The position numbers and the translations under genes are program-made. The notes beneath the pieces are model-generated. The model made no database searches. It was not told where the DNA came from and saw only the letters and a program-made list of their open reading frames with translations. From Deltaproteobacteria bacterium (lineage in GTDB: Bacteria > Desulfobacterota > Desulfomonilia > UBA1062): a stretch of DNA of 64,000 nt. Shown one piece after another: positions 38,758 through 49,007 of the stretch. Location of the stretch: contig DSBG01000137.1 in NCBI GenBank assembly GCA_011046135.1, positions 23,536 through 87,535 of the forward strand, written 5' to 3'. Within the stretch, counting starts at the first letter, position 1; each line of letters starts with the position of its first letter.

Positions 38758-38764
38758 TTCCGCC

Positions 38765-39481
38765 ATGCAGTGGGACATCATTATACAGCAGTATCCCGAA
38801 GATGTGGAGACCATTCAGCAGGCCCGTGATATCCGGCAGCGGGTGACCCATCGGATTCAGGGACTCGACATTCCTCTTCTCGCTGCCCCGCTTGAGCACG
38901 ACACGATCGGTGATCTCATTCCTGTGGAAACGCTGGGCGCTGTCTGCAGGGAAGTCTGGAAGGAGGTTCTCCCCGCTGCGCCTGAGGTCGATTTTGAAGA
39001 GGCTCTTCTGGCAGCACTTTCAGGCTCGGAGATTCCCGGGATGTCCCCCGAAGAAGGGGAAGAGGCCCTCCGGATAGTCCTGGGGGCTGTAGTGACCGGA
39101 TACTTCAGGCGACTGCGGGAACTCAACGAAACGATCATCCCCGAAACGCACCTCGAGGGAAGCTGTCCATTCTGCAGCAGCAGTGCTCGGGTCGGTTTTG
39201 ATTCGGAATCGGGAAGAACGCTTGTCTGTTCGCTGTGTGCTCATCAGTGGCAGGTTCCCCGTGTGAGGTGCCCCTTCTGTGGAAACAGGGACCACACAAC
39301 CCTGGGATATTTCGAATCTGAAGAGATCAACGGGGTCCGGGTGTACTACTGCCTGGAGTGCAAGCACTATATAAAGGTAATCGATACCAGGATCAGGGAT
39401 GTTTCCGATGCCGAGACAGGAGACGTGCTCACCTTGGCCCTGGATGAACGAGCCCGTCAGGAAGGATTCCTGGAGCCGTAA
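38765..39481 (+). CDS. fdhE: Formate dehydrogenase maturation protein FdhE-like
   Basis: Four CxxC pairs (CPFC, CSLC, CPFC, CLEC), W..PRVRCP, YIKVID and LD..A..EGF motifs. Confidence 0.85.
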   Translation: MQWDIIIQQYPEDVETIQQARDIRQRVTHRIQGLDIPLLAAPLEHDTIGDLIPVETLGAVCREVWKEVLPAAPEVDFEEALLAALSGSEIPGMSPEEGEEALRIVLGAVVTGYFRRLRELNETIIPETHLEGSCPFCSSSARVGFDSESGRTLVCSLCAHQWQVPRVRCPFCGNRDHTTLGYFESEEINGVRVYYCLECKHYIKVIDTRIRDVSDAETGDVLTLALDERARQEGFLEP

Positions 39482-39544
39482 CCGCGAAATAGAGCGTGAC
39501 CACGGACGGTGTCTGTCCTGGATTCGTGGGAACCACGCCGCGAA

Positions 39545-40336
39545 CTATTCTTTTTCTTCAGGATCGGTGGCTTCCGGCTCAGCGTTCTCGCTTCCCGATT
39601 CTTCCGCGTCTTTCACCTCTTTGTTTCTTACGACCAGGTGTGTCACCCAGATGCTGATCTCGTAGAGACCGTAGAGCGGAATGCTGAGCAGGATCATGCT
39701 CAGAACGTCAGGAGGCGTGAGGATTGCGGAGCCGAGGGCTATGATAAGAATGGCGAACTTGCGCTGCTTCCTCAGCATGCCGGGCTTGACGATCCCCATC
39801 TTGGCGAGAAAGTACATCACCAGTGGGAGTTCGAAGGTGACGCCGAAGGCAAACAGGAGCCGCATGGCAAAACCGAGATACTCCCTCATGGAGGGCAGAG
39901 CCGCGATGTTGTCCGTGGTAAACCCCAGGAAGAACTGGAACCCCAGTGGGAAGACCACGAAGAAGGCAAAGGATGCCCCGATGAAGAAGAAAATGGTGCC
40001 CACGAGCACAAAGGGGATCACATACCTGCGTTCGTTTTCATAGAGGCCCGGCATGACAAACTTCCAGATCTGGTAGATGATCACCGGAGTAGCAAGAATA
40101 AGCCCGGCAAAGAAGGAAACCTTCAGGTACGTGAGAAAGGCCTCGGGGAGAGAAGTGTAGATGAGCTTGCCGTCCTCGGGCATGACCTTGACCAGGGGAG
40201 AGACGAGAAAGTTGAAGACATGCTTCGAAAACGGATAAACCGCCAAGAAACCGACTCCGACGGCTACCACACACTTGATGAGCCGGGATCGCAGCTCTTC
40301 GAGGTGAGAGGTAACCGGAAGTTTCTCTTCCTCCAC
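39545..40336 (-). CDS. tatC: Twin-arginine translocase subunit TatC
   Basis: HLEELRSRL, YQIWKFVMPGLY, FELP and ILTPPD motifs. Confidence 0.96.
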   Translation of the reverse strand: MEEEKLPVTSHLEELRSRLIKCVVAVGVGFLAVYPFSKHVFNFLVSPLVKVMPEDGKLIYTSLPEAFLTYLKVSFFAGLILATPVIIYQIWKFVMPGLYENERRYVIPFVLVGTIFFFIGASFAFFVVFPLGFQFFLGFTTDNIAALPSMREYLGFAMRLLFAFGVTFELPLVMYFLAKMGIVKPGMLRKQRKFAILIIALGSAILTPPDVLSMILLSIPLYGLYEISIWVTHLVVRNKEVKDAEESGSENAEPEATDPEEKE

Positions 40337-40337
40337 C

Positions 40338-40634
40338 TCAGGACCCTTCTATCTCATCCGGATTGTACGGGCTTTTCTGCTCCGGGGCTGCTTCCTGAGA
40401 TGCGTTCTCAGCCTCCCGTTTCTGCACGACCTCCTCGGGGTATCGGGGAGAGTGAGATGGGTGATTGGATTCCGACGTGGTTTCAAACTCTTTCCTGAGA
40501 TCATTCGATGCCCGCTGAAACTGGCCGATGGCCTTGCCGAGAGTCTTGGCGATATCGGGCAGTTTCTTGGGGCCAAGGACGATCAGAGCGACCAGCAGAA
40601 TGAGAATGAGTTCCTGTCCTCCAATGCCAAACAT
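40338..40634 (-). CDS. tatB: Twin-arginine translocase subunit TatB (TatA/B family)
   Basis: MFGIGGQEL...LGPKKLP..A..LG; upstream of tatC. Confidence 0.85.
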   Translation of the reverse strand: MFGIGGQELILILLVALIVLGPKKLPDIAKTLGKAIGQFQRASNDLRKEFETTSESNHPSHSPRYPEEVVQKREAENASQEAAPEQKSPYNPDEIEGS

Positions 40635-40642
40635 ATGCTCTT

Positions 40643-40671
40643 TGTATAGAGTGTTTTCGCCAAGGAGTCAA
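40643..40671 (-). promoter_or_regulatory. Sigma70 promoter, probably leaderless, for tatBC
   Basis: Minus strand TTGACT-17 nt-TATACA-8 nt-ATG; no clear SD. Confidence 0.55.
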
Positions 40672-40879
40672 ATCGAGAAGTATCGAGGTCATGTCTAGAT
40701 GGTTGCCCCAGGGAGCATGAAATGGGTCGTGATGCATCAGGATAGCTCCTGCGTGATTGCAAAGGGTTACCCCTAGTCTATCAAGGATTCTCTGCGGCAG
40801 CAAGCCTCCAGATTCACCCCACGAACGCCCCCCGAGCCGAGGCGGCACGGTCCCGATGCTGGGCCTGGTACAATACCAT

Positions 40880-40908
40880 TTGACTAATAGTAACGCCTTA
40901 CATAATCT
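40880..40908 (+). promoter_or_regulatory. Sigma70 promoter of lpxC-ntrYX
   Basis: TTGACT-17 nt-TAATCT, 10 nt before ATG 40919. Confidence 0.55.
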
Positions 40909-40918
40909 AAGGGACAAC

Positions 40919-41731
40919 ATGGAACGGAGAACCATCTCTCGCAAGCTTCGGATCTCGGGCATCGGGCTCCATGGGGGCAGGCCGAGTTCGGTGATTCTCC
41001 AGCCAGGAAGAGAAGGCATCATCTTCCGCAGGTTCGAGATTCAGATACCCGCCCGGCTCGACCATGTGGTGGACACCACGCTCAACACGACTCTGGGTAG
41101 CGCTGGAGCACGGATATCCACAGTAGAGCACCTCATGGCCTGCTTGTACGGGACTGGAATCACTGACTGCGAGATTGAGCTCGAAGGAGATGAGGTGCCG
41201 GCTCTGGACGGTTCTGCGCGTGAGCTGGTCCGAATGATCCGGGCTTCAGGCACCAGGTTGCTCGAAGGTGAGATTCTCCCCTTTGTCGTGCCCCGCAGGA
41301 TCAGGCTGGAATCAGGAACGAGTTGGATCGAGGCCTCACCGGGATCCTTTGAGGTTACCTATGAGATTGACTTCCCGGATGCCTCCATCGGGTACCAGCG
41401 CTACTGCTATCGTGGCAGAGATTTCGCTGCAGAGATCGCTCCTGCAAGGACCTTCGGGAGGATGCAGGATGTGGAGAAGATGCGTTCCCTAGGGTATGCC
41501 TTGGGAGGGAGTCTCCACAACGCGGTGGTGGTGGATGGGCACAAAGTGCTCAACCCCGAGGGGCTGAGGTTTCCCGAGGAGTTCGTCAGGCACAAGATCC
41601 TCGATCTCCTGGGAGACCTGTGGATTCTCGGGCGACCTGTCGAGGCCAGGATCCACGCCTACAAAGCAAATCACGGCCTGCACATCGGGCTCGCCGGGAA
41701 GATTCTCGAGGCGGGTCTGATGGGTGCATAG
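40919..41731 (+). CDS. lpxC: UDP-3-O-acyl-N-acetylglucosamine deacetylase
   Basis: GIGLHGG, TVEHLMA, EVPALDGS, IAPARTFG and RHKILDLLGD motifs. Confidence 0.95.
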   Translation: MERRTISRKLRISGIGLHGGRPSSVILQPGREGIIFRRFEIQIPARLDHVVDTTLNTTLGSAGARISTVEHLMACLYGTGITDCEIELEGDEVPALDGSARELVRMIRASGTRLLEGEILPFVVPRRIRLESGTSWIEASPGSFEVTYEIDFPDASIGYQRYCYRGRDFAAEIAPARTFGRMQDVEKMRSLGYALGGSLHNAVVVDGHKVLNPEGLRFPEEFVRHKILDLLGDLWILGRPVEARIHAYKANHGLHIGLAGKILEAGLMGA

Positions 41732-41741
41732 GAGGTCGATC

Positions 41742-43916
41742 GTGTCCAAGACAGTCAGGGAGACCATCATCATATCCGTGATCCTGGGCGTCATCATAGT
41801 GCTCAGCGTCCTGAGGACCAATATCAGCAGCATCGACATCGGTCCATCGAGCAATGTCCTGATATTCACCCTCATAAGCCTCAATGTGGTTTTGCTCATC
41901 CTGGTCATCTTCCTGGTTACGCGGAACATCGTAAAGCTCCTTCTGGAGAGAAAGAGGGGGGTGCTGGGTACCAAGCTGAGAACGAAACTCGTCGCCCTGT
42001 TCGTGACGCTCACCATTATCCCCACCATGGTGCTGTTCTTCACCAGCATTGTGTTTCTCAATCGGAGCATGGAAGGCTGGCTCTCTTCCGAGGTTGAAAA
42101 TGCCCTGGAAGAATCCATGAACGTTGCAAACATCTACTATAAAGAAGCGTCTGCTGATGCCATCCACTATGCGAGCTTCATTGCCGAAGAGATTACTGAA
42201 CGCAGGCTCCTCAGGGAGGGCAGCCTGGATATCCTCAGGGCGCTCCTGGAAGAAAAAATGGCGCTGTTCCGCCTTTCGGGTGTCGTGGTGTTCTCATCCC
42301 AGGGAGAGGAACTGGTCAAGATCGTTTCCCCGGACATTGAGATGAAAAGCATGCCCAGTCCTGAGTCGAGACTCGTGCAGGCCGCGATGTCAGGCAAAAC
42401 CATGCCCATCGTGGTGAGGACCGGAACGGCGGATATTATCGAAGGGATCGTACCCATCAAGTCCTCGTTCAATCCCAAGGATGTGGTGGGAGTACTCGTC
42501 GTCGACTACTACATCCCCGAGAGCCTCTCCGGGAGACTGGGCATCATCAAGTCGACGTTCAACAACTACATCCAGAGCCTCAGGCTCAAGGGTCCCATCA
42601 GGACAAACTACATCATCATCCTCACCTCGGTCACGCTCCTGGTGATTTTTTCAGCGGTATGGTTCGGGCTCAACATCTCAAAAGGGCTCATCAATCCCAT
42701 CGAGAAACTGGTGGAGGGAACCCAGAGGATCTCACGGGGAGAGCTCGATTTTTTCATCGATGTGCAGTCCACCGATGAACTGGGTATCCTGGTGCAGGAC
42801 TTCAATGCCATGGTGCATGATCTCACGGAATCGAGAAAACACCTCGAGAGCGCGTACAACGAGCTGGCATACCGGAACCGGTACATCGAGACAGTGCTCA
42901 ACAACATCTCGACGGGCGTCATTTCCATCACGAGCGACGACTGTATCTCCATGATCAATCCATCTGCCCAGACCATGCTGGCCATCGATTCCGACGCATC
43001 GCTGGGGAAACCGTATGTCAAGGTGATCAGTGGAGAGCTCCAGCCCCTTGTCAGTGATCTCATCGATACCCTCAAAAAATCCAAGGCTCTTTCCACCCAG
43101 CGACAGGTGACGGTTGCGGTCCAGGGAAGAAAGATGACCCTGTTGGCGCACGCCTCTCTGATGTACGACGAAAAGAACGAACACCTGGGCATGGTCATCG
43201 TGTTCGATGACCTCACGCAGATGCAGCGCATGCAGCGGATGGCAGCGTGGAGGGAGGTTGCACGGCGCATCGCCCACGAGGTCAAGAACCCCCTCACTCC
43301 GATTCAACTCTCTGCGCAGAGGCTCAGGCGCAGGTACCTCGACATGCTCGGGGAGGATGCGCAGGTCTTTGACGAGTGCACGAGGGTGATCATCAACGAG
43401 GTGGATGAGATGAAACGGCTCGTGAATGAATTTTCCGCCTTTGCGAAGATGCCTACCTCCATGCCCGTACCGGGAAACCTGAACAAGGTCGTGACCGAAG
43501 CCACAGCGCTCTATCGGCAGGCCCACCAGGAAATCGAGTTTCTCCTGGAACTGGACGAATCCCTCCCCAGGGTGGAAATAGACAGTTCGCAGATGAGCAG
43601 AGCCGTCGGCAATCTCCTGGAGAACGCTACCACTGCCGTGATGGAGAACAAAAATTCGAAGAAGGTCACCATCAGGACATCCTTTGATCCCGACGTCCAT
43701 ATCGCCACCCTGGAGATCATGGACACGGGCCCGGGGATCTCGCCGAATCTCAAGGAGCGCCTGTTTGAACCGTATTTTTCCACAAAGAGGGGGGGGACTG
43801 GTCTGGGTCTGGTCATCGTGAACCGGATCATCACCGATCACAACGGGTTCATACGGGTCAAGGACAATGAGCCCACAGGCACCATATTCACCATTGAACT
43901 GCCCGTGAAGGAGTAG
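41742..43916 (+). CDS. ntrY: NtrY-like sensor histidine kinase (TM, HAMP, PAS, HisKA, HATPase)
   Basis: GTKLRTKL, AAWREVARRIAHEVKNPLTPIQLSAQRL and DTGPG/GTGLGL boxes; start at GTG after AGGAGGT. Confidence 0.88.
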   Translation: MSKTVRETIIISVILGVIIVLSVLRTNISSIDIGPSSNVLIFTLISLNVVLLILVIFLVTRNIVKLLLERKRGVLGTKLRTKLVALFVTLTIIPTMVLFFTSIVFLNRSMEGWLSSEVENALEESMNVANIYYKEASADAIHYASFIAEEITERRLLREGSLDILRALLEEKMALFRLSGVVVFSSQGEELVKIVSPDIEMKSMPSPESRLVQAAMSGKTMPIVVRTGTADIIEGIVPIKSSFNPKDVVGVLVVDYYIPESLSGRLGIIKSTFNNYIQSLRLKGPIRTNYIIILTSVTLLVIFSAVWFGLNISKGLINPIEKLVEGTQRISRGELDFFIDVQSTDELGILVQDFNAMVHDLTESRKHLESAYNELAYRNRYIETVLNNISTGVISITSDDCISMINPSAQTMLAIDSDASLGKPYVKVISGELQPLVSDLIDTLKKSKALSTQRQVTVAVQGRKMTLLAHASLMYDEKNEHLGMVIVFDDLTQMQRMQRMAAWREVARRIAHEVKNPLTPIQLSAQRLRRRYLDMLGEDAQVFDECTRVIINEVDEMKRLVNEFSAFAKMPTSMPVPGNLNKVVTEATALYRQAHQEIEFLLELDESLPRVEIDSSQMSRAVGNLLENATTAVMENKNSKKVTIRTSFDPDVHIATLEIMDTGPGISPNLKERLFEPYFSTKRGGTGLGLVIVNRIITDHNGFIRVKDNEPTGTIFTIELPVKE

Positions 43917-43918
43917 AA

Positions 43919-45271
43919 ATGAAACAGAACATCCTCATCGTGGACGACGAAGAGAACATAAGGTTTTCCCTCAAGGGCGGACTTGAGGACGAGGGGTACC
44001 AGACCATGGCGGCAGCCACGGGAGAAGATGCCCTGAAGATCGTGGAAAAACACGACATCGATCTCATGCTCCTTGATATCTGGATGCCCGGCAAGGATGG
44101 GCTGCAGATTCTCGAAGAGCTCAAGAAATCAGGATACACAATGCCGGTGATCATCATGACCGGCCACGGTTCCATCGATACGGCCATCAGGGCCACGAGG
44201 CTTGGAGCCCTTGATTTCATCGAAAAACCCCTCGATCTGAACAAGATCATCATTACCATCAACAACACCCTCCACCTCAAGGCCCTGGAGGAGGAGAACG
44301 CCCTGTTGAGGATGAAGACGGAGAAGGATGATGAGATCATCGGAAATTCTCCGGCTGTCAGGAAGCTCAAGGAGCAGATCGACACGGCGGCGCCCACGGA
44401 TGCGTGGATCCTCATCCTGGGAGAGAACGGAACCGGAAAGGAACTCGTTGCCCGCAGGCTCCACAAGAAGAGCAAGCGCGGCCAGCACCCCTTCATTGAA
44501 GTGAACTGCGCTGCGATTCCCGAAGAACTCATCGAGAGTGAGCTGTTCGGCCACGAGAAGGGTTCTTTCACGGGTGCAATCGAACGCAAGCGGGGGAAAT
44601 TCGACCTCGCCCACATGGGGACGCTGTTTCTCGATGAAATCGGCGACATGAGCCTGTCCACCCAGGCAAAGATTCTCCGCATTCTCCAGGAGCAGCGGTT
44701 TGAACGGGTCGGGGGTTCTCAGACGATCCAGGTGGATGTCCGCGTACTCACCGCGACGAACAAAAACCTCGAGCATGAAATCCAGGAGGGAAGATTCAGG
44801 CAGGACCTGTACTACCGCCTCAATGTCATTCCCATACGGGTTCCCCGTCTCATAGACCGGAAAGAAGATATCCCCGAGCTCGTGGAATACTTCCTCAAGT
44901 GGTACTCGTCGAAGAAGGATGGGGAGCAGAAGGCCATTACCGAAGGAGCCATCAAGAGACTCATGCAGCACGACTGGCCGGGCAATGTGAGGGAGCTCAA
45001 GAACATTATCGAACGACTGGTTATCATGACCTCCGGGAACACCATTACAGCCGAAGACATTCCGCCCCTGGGTACCAGGAAGACTTCAGAGATCGACACG
45101 CTCATCACCATCCAGGAACTCAAAGATGCCCGCTCCGAATTCGAAAAGCTCTTCATCGAACACAAGCTCAGGGAGAACGGGAACAACATCTCCAGGACAG
45201 CGGATATCATCGGGATGGAGCGGAGCAATCTTCACAGAAAGATCAAGGGCCTCGGCATAGATGTTGAGTGA
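43919..45271 (+). CDS. ntrX: NtrX-like sigma54-interacting response regulator
   Basis: REC domain (LLDIWMPGKDG), GENGTGKE, GSFTGA, LFLDEI and Fis-type HTH (ERSNLHRK). Confidence 0.88.
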   Translation: MKQNILIVDDEENIRFSLKGGLEDEGYQTMAAATGEDALKIVEKHDIDLMLLDIWMPGKDGLQILEELKKSGYTMPVIIMTGHGSIDTAIRATRLGALDFIEKPLDLNKIIITINNTLHLKALEEENALLRMKTEKDDEIIGNSPAVRKLKEQIDTAAPTDAWILILGENGTGKELVARRLHKKSKRGQHPFIEVNCAAIPEELIESELFGHEKGSFTGAIERKRGKFDLAHMGTLFLDEIGDMSLSTQAKILRILQEQRFERVGGSQTIQVDVRVLTATNKNLEHEIQEGRFRQDLYYRLNVIPIRVPRLIDRKEDIPELVEYFLKWYSSKKDGEQKAITEGAIKRLMQHDWPGNVRELKNIIERLVIMTSGNTITAEDIPPLGTRKTSEIDTLITIQELKDARSEFEKLFIEHKLRENGNNISRTADIIGMERSNLHRKIKGLGIDVE

Positions 45272-46802
45272 GAGAGGATCAATTCGCAAAGACCCCGGAG
45301 GGAGACTCAACATAGCCCTTGTCTACCCGAACACCTATCGGGTCGGGATGTCGAACCTCGGGCTCCAGACCATGTACCGGCTCTTCAACGAACACCAGGG
45401 GATGCTGTGCGAACGATTTTTCACCGACATCGACGGCTCCGTGGAAACAGGCAGACCCTTGAGCGAGTTTCCCATCATCGCCTTCAGCAGTTCCTACGAA
45501 CTTGACTGGATTGAGATGCTCAGGGTAATGCTGAGAAACAGGATTCAGCCCCGCGCATCCTTGCGAAACGGCCATCCCATCGTGATCGGGGGAGGATCTG
45601 CGCTCACCCTCAACCCGGAGCCGGTTGCAGACCTGTTCGACCTCGTTTTTCTCGGCGACGGTGAACCCCTGCCGGACCTTCTCCGTGATGTGTACACGCA
45701 CAGCAGCAGCTACGACGAGATTTTCGATGGACTCGCGGGGCATGCCGGGATCTACATCCCGACGCGAACGTATCCGCTCCTGGAGGGTGATGAACTCATT
45801 GGATTCGCAGGTCCGAAACCTGAACTCTCCATCGTGAATCCCCTCGAGGTGCCTGCGCATACAACGGTGGTGGCAGAACAGGCCACGTTCGGGGATATGT
45901 TCATGGTGGAGACCGCACGTGGTTGTCCCTTTCGCTGCAGGTTCTGTACGGCCCGCGAGATCTATGCCCCCTTCAGGCCAGTACCCCTGGCTAACCTGGT
46001 GGAAATAGTGGAGAAGGCCGAGCCCTTCGGTTTGAAAATCGGCCTGGTGAGTACCTCATTGAACAATCACCCCGAGGCCCCGCAGATCTTCACGGAGATC
46101 ACCGGGCGCGGGTTGAAGATCTCGCCTCCATCGCTCAGGCTCGGGATGATCAGTGACGAGCTCATCACAGCACTCGCCACTTCCCGGGTCAACGGCGTGA
46201 CCCTGGCGCCGGAGACGGGTTCGGAACAACTCAGGTATGCCATGGGAAAGCACATCTCGGATCAGACCATACTCGAAGACATCTCTTCCCTCATCTCTGC
46301 GGGCATCAGAGACATCAAGCTGTACTTCATGGTGGGCGTTCCCGGAGAGACACACCACCACATCGACGCCACCATCAATCTTATCAGGCGGATCAGGCAG
46401 AGCTTTATCCACGTGTCACGCGGCAACAGAACTCTGGGAACCGTTTCAGTAAGCCTCAATACCTTGGTCCCCAAGCCCCACACGCGCTACGAACGGGAGG
46501 TCATGATCTCTCCCGGTGATGCACGGTCCAGCATCCAGAAGATCGTCAGGGCACTCAAGAAACACAGCAATATCACGGTGAGCTTCGAAGGTCCGAAGTG
46601 GGCATATCTCCAGGCGATCTTTTCCAGGGGGGATCGAACGGTGCTTGATCTCATCGAATCCTTTGCCCGCGATGAAACCAGACCCTGGCGTGAAGTGTTG
46701 AGAAGCTGGCAAAAAAACCCTGACTTCTATGCCCTCAGAGGGCGGGACCTTGGAGAGGTTCTCCCCTGGTCGTTCTACCGGCTCGCCTGCGAAGGGTCGT
46801 AG
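45261..46802 (+). CDS. Radical SAM protein (YgiQ/B12-binding-like, function unknown)
   Basis: YPNTYRVGMSNLG, ARGCPFRCRFC (CxxxCxxC), APETGS and KLYFMVG motifs. Confidence 0.88.
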   Translation: MLSERGSIRKDPGGRLNIALVYPNTYRVGMSNLGLQTMYRLFNEHQGMLCERFFTDIDGSVETGRPLSEFPIIAFSSSYELDWIEMLRVMLRNRIQPRASLRNGHPIVIGGGSALTLNPEPVADLFDLVFLGDGEPLPDLLRDVYTHSSSYDEIFDGLAGHAGIYIPTRTYPLLEGDELIGFAGPKPELSIVNPLEVPAHTTVVAEQATFGDMFMVETARGCPFRCRFCTAREIYAPFRPVPLANLVEIVEKAEPFGLKIGLVSTSLNNHPEAPQIFTEITGRGLKISPPSLRLGMISDELITALATSRVNGVTLAPETGSEQLRYAMGKHISDQTILEDISSLISAGIRDIKLYFMVGVPGETHHHIDATINLIRRIRQSFIHVSRGNRTLGTVSVSLNTLVPKPHTRYEREVMISPGDARSSIQKIVRALKKHSNITVSFEGPKWAYLQAIFSRGDRTVLDLIESFARDETRPWREVLRSWQKNPDFYALRGRDLGEVLPWSFYRLACEGS

Positions 46803-46817
46803 ACAGGAGGAAAGGCA

Positions 46818-47522
46818 GTGAAAGATCCACGTCCCCACTATGAAGGACACAGAAAACGGCTGCGGGATCGGCTGAGAACATCGGGAAGAGAGTCCCTGCG
46901 AGACGATGAGCTCCTGGAAATGCTGCTGGCCTACGGGCTGCCGAGGAGAGATACCAAACCCCTGGCCAAAACGCTCATCAGACAGTTCGGCTCGTATCAC
47001 CGGGTACTCGATGCCTCCTGTACCGAGATAGAACAGGTCGGGGGAATCGGTGAATATACCTCGACCCTTTTCGTCCTCGTGAAGGCCTGCATGAGGCGTT
47101 ACCTCGAGATGGAAACAAGGGACGGGAATGTCCTGAACAGTCCCGAACGCGTGATAGCCTACACCAGGGCAGAGATCGGCAGCCGGGAAAAAGAGCACTT
47201 CATGCTGCTCTGTCTCAATGCCGCCGGAGTACTCATTCACAAGGAAATCATCGCAGAGGGAACCGTGGATCTGGCACATGTCTACCCCCGGGAGATCCTC
47301 AAGACCGCCCTGGAAAAGAATGCCACAGCCCTTATCCTGGTCCACAACCACCCCTCGGGATCACTCGTTCCGTCCGAAAACGACAAGAGACTCACCCGGA
47401 CCTTGAAGGAACTCTGTACGAACCTGGGGATCTCGGTGCACGATCACCTCATCGTAACCAGGAGCGGTGCCTACAGCATCACACTCGAATGCGAGGTCTA
47501 TCCCTATCACCGGGACGTCTGA
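46818..47522 (+). CDS. radC: RadC/JAB-domain protein
   Basis: GHRKRLR, ELLEMLL, HNHPSG..PS..D and DHLIV motifs. Confidence 0.93.
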   Translation: MKDPRPHYEGHRKRLRDRLRTSGRESLRDDELLEMLLAYGLPRRDTKPLAKTLIRQFGSYHRVLDASCTEIEQVGGIGEYTSTLFVLVKACMRRYLEMETRDGNVLNSPERVIAYTRAEIGSREKEHFMLLCLNAAGVLIHKEIIAEGTVDLAHVYPREILKTALEKNATALILVHNHPSGSLVPSENDKRLTRTLKELCTNLGISVHDHLIVTRSGAYSITLECEVYPYHRDV

Positions 47523-47563
47523 CGGAACAGCAGATCATCCGAGGCCCCACCGGACGAAACACC

Positions 47564-47592
47564 TTGAAACTGCTTCGCCGGGCAGATATGGT
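47564..47592 (+). promoter_or_regulatory. Sigma70 promoter of rmuC
   Basis: TTGAAA-17 nt-TATGGT; downstream SD AAGGTGA. Confidence 0.5.
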
Positions 47593-47626
47593 GGAATAAA
47601 TATGCCATGAAATTGAAGGTGAGACC

Positions 47627-48991
47627 ATGGAATACGTGCTCGTGGGTGCTGCCTTTCTCGTGGGCTGTCTCCTGGGGTGGATAGGGGCCAGAGGGTACTC
47701 CCGAACCGAAGGCAAGAACGCTGAACAGATCATCTCGCAGGTGCAGGATCAGAACAGGCTCCTGCAAACAGAGCGAGATGATCTGAGGCAGCGCTTGGAA
47801 AACGACAGGATTGACCGGGCCCGTCTCGAAACGAGACTCGAAGAGACCCAGCACCGGCTCACGGAGCAGAAGGCACTCATCGAAGAATCTGCGCGGAAAT
47901 TGACCGACACGTTCAAGGCGCTGTCCCTGGACGCCCTCTCCGAGAACAACAGGTCCTTTCTCGTGCTCGCCCAGAAAACACTCCAGATTACCGCCTCGGA
48001 GATGACGGGAGATCTCGAAAAGAGAAAGCAGGCCATTGATGCCCTCATAAAGCCTCTTGATGAGACACTGAAACGCTATGAAGTTCAGATCCTTGAGATG
48101 GAGAAATCCAGGAGTCAGGCTTACGGGGACATCACCCGTCACATGGAAGAGCTCGTCCGCACACAGGAACAGCTCAAGGATCAGACCCGCTCGCTGCAGA
48201 GTGCTCTGAGGGAACCACAGGTGCGGGGCAGGTGGGGAGAGATCACGTTGAAGCGGGTCGTCGAGATTTCCGGCATGTCCAGCCACTGTGATTTTGTGGA
48301 ACAGCCGTCGACGCTTACCGAAACCGGGCTCAAGCGACCGGACATGATCGTGAAGCTCCCCCAGGGGCGTCAGGTGATCATTGATGCCAAGGTTCCCCTG
48401 CGCTCGTACATGGACGCCTTCGAGAGTGATGATGAGGAGGTCAGGAAGGCTTCTTTCACCAGGCATGCCCAGGCGGTGAGATCTCACATGATCTCCCTGG
48501 CCTCGAGAGACTACTGGAAGCAGTTTGATCAGAGCCCCGACTTCGTCGTGCTCTTCCTCCCGGGTGAGTCTTTTTTCAGCGCAGCGTTGGAGCACGATCA
48601 GAGCCTTATCGAGGACGGCATCGCCAGACGGGTCATTATTTCCACACCCACAACCCTGATCGCTCTGCTTCGTACCATCGCCGCAGTCTGGCAGCAGAAC
48701 CTGATTTCTGAAAATGCCCGGGAAGTCTGGGAAACGGGCCTCGAGCTCTATGAACGGGTGAGTGTCATGGTACGCCACCTGGCAAAGATCGGAGAAGGAA
48801 TCCTGAAGACAACCCAGGCGTATAACGCTGCCCTCGGTTCCTGGGAGACTCGGGTACAGCCCAGTGCCCACCGACTCAAGGGCCTCGTTTCACCCCTCCA
48901 GGGCAAGGAACTCCCCATACCGGTACCCGTGGATCTTTCTCCCAGAGGAACGCCTCCGGTTACCGATGATCAGGAAGAGGGCACACCCTGA
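47627..48991 (+). CDS. rmuC: DNA recombination protein RmuC
   Basis: N-terminal TM and coiled coil; RGRWGE, RPDMIVKLP, IIDAKVP and STPTTLIALLR motifs. Confidence 0.93.
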   Translation: MEYVLVGAAFLVGCLLGWIGARGYSRTEGKNAEQIISQVQDQNRLLQTERDDLRQRLENDRIDRARLETRLEETQHRLTEQKALIEESARKLTDTFKALSLDALSENNRSFLVLAQKTLQITASEMTGDLEKRKQAIDALIKPLDETLKRYEVQILEMEKSRSQAYGDITRHMEELVRTQEQLKDQTRSLQSALREPQVRGRWGEITLKRVVEISGMSSHCDFVEQPSTLTETGLKRPDMIVKLPQGRQVIIDAKVPLRSYMDAFESDDEEVRKASFTRHAQAVRSHMISLASRDYWKQFDQSPDFVVLFLPGESFFSAALEHDQSLIEDGIARRVIISTPTTLIALLRTIAAVWQQNLISENAREVWETGLELYERVSVMVRHLAKIGEGILKTTQAYNAALGSWETRVQPSAHRLKGLVSPLQGKELPIPVPVDLSPRGTPPVTDDQEEGTP

Positions 48992-49007
48992 AACGGCAGT
49001 CTTGTCA

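Noticed and set aside
38606-38764. Cobalamin riboswitch upstream of the BtuF-like operon
   Set aside because: The region is short, largely occupied by the divergent fdhE promoter, and no B12-box was recognised.
46818-48991. radC and rmuC as a defence or mobile island
   Set aside because: The RadC is the full-length chromosomal type, composition matches the flanks, and no mobility or defence genes are adjacent.
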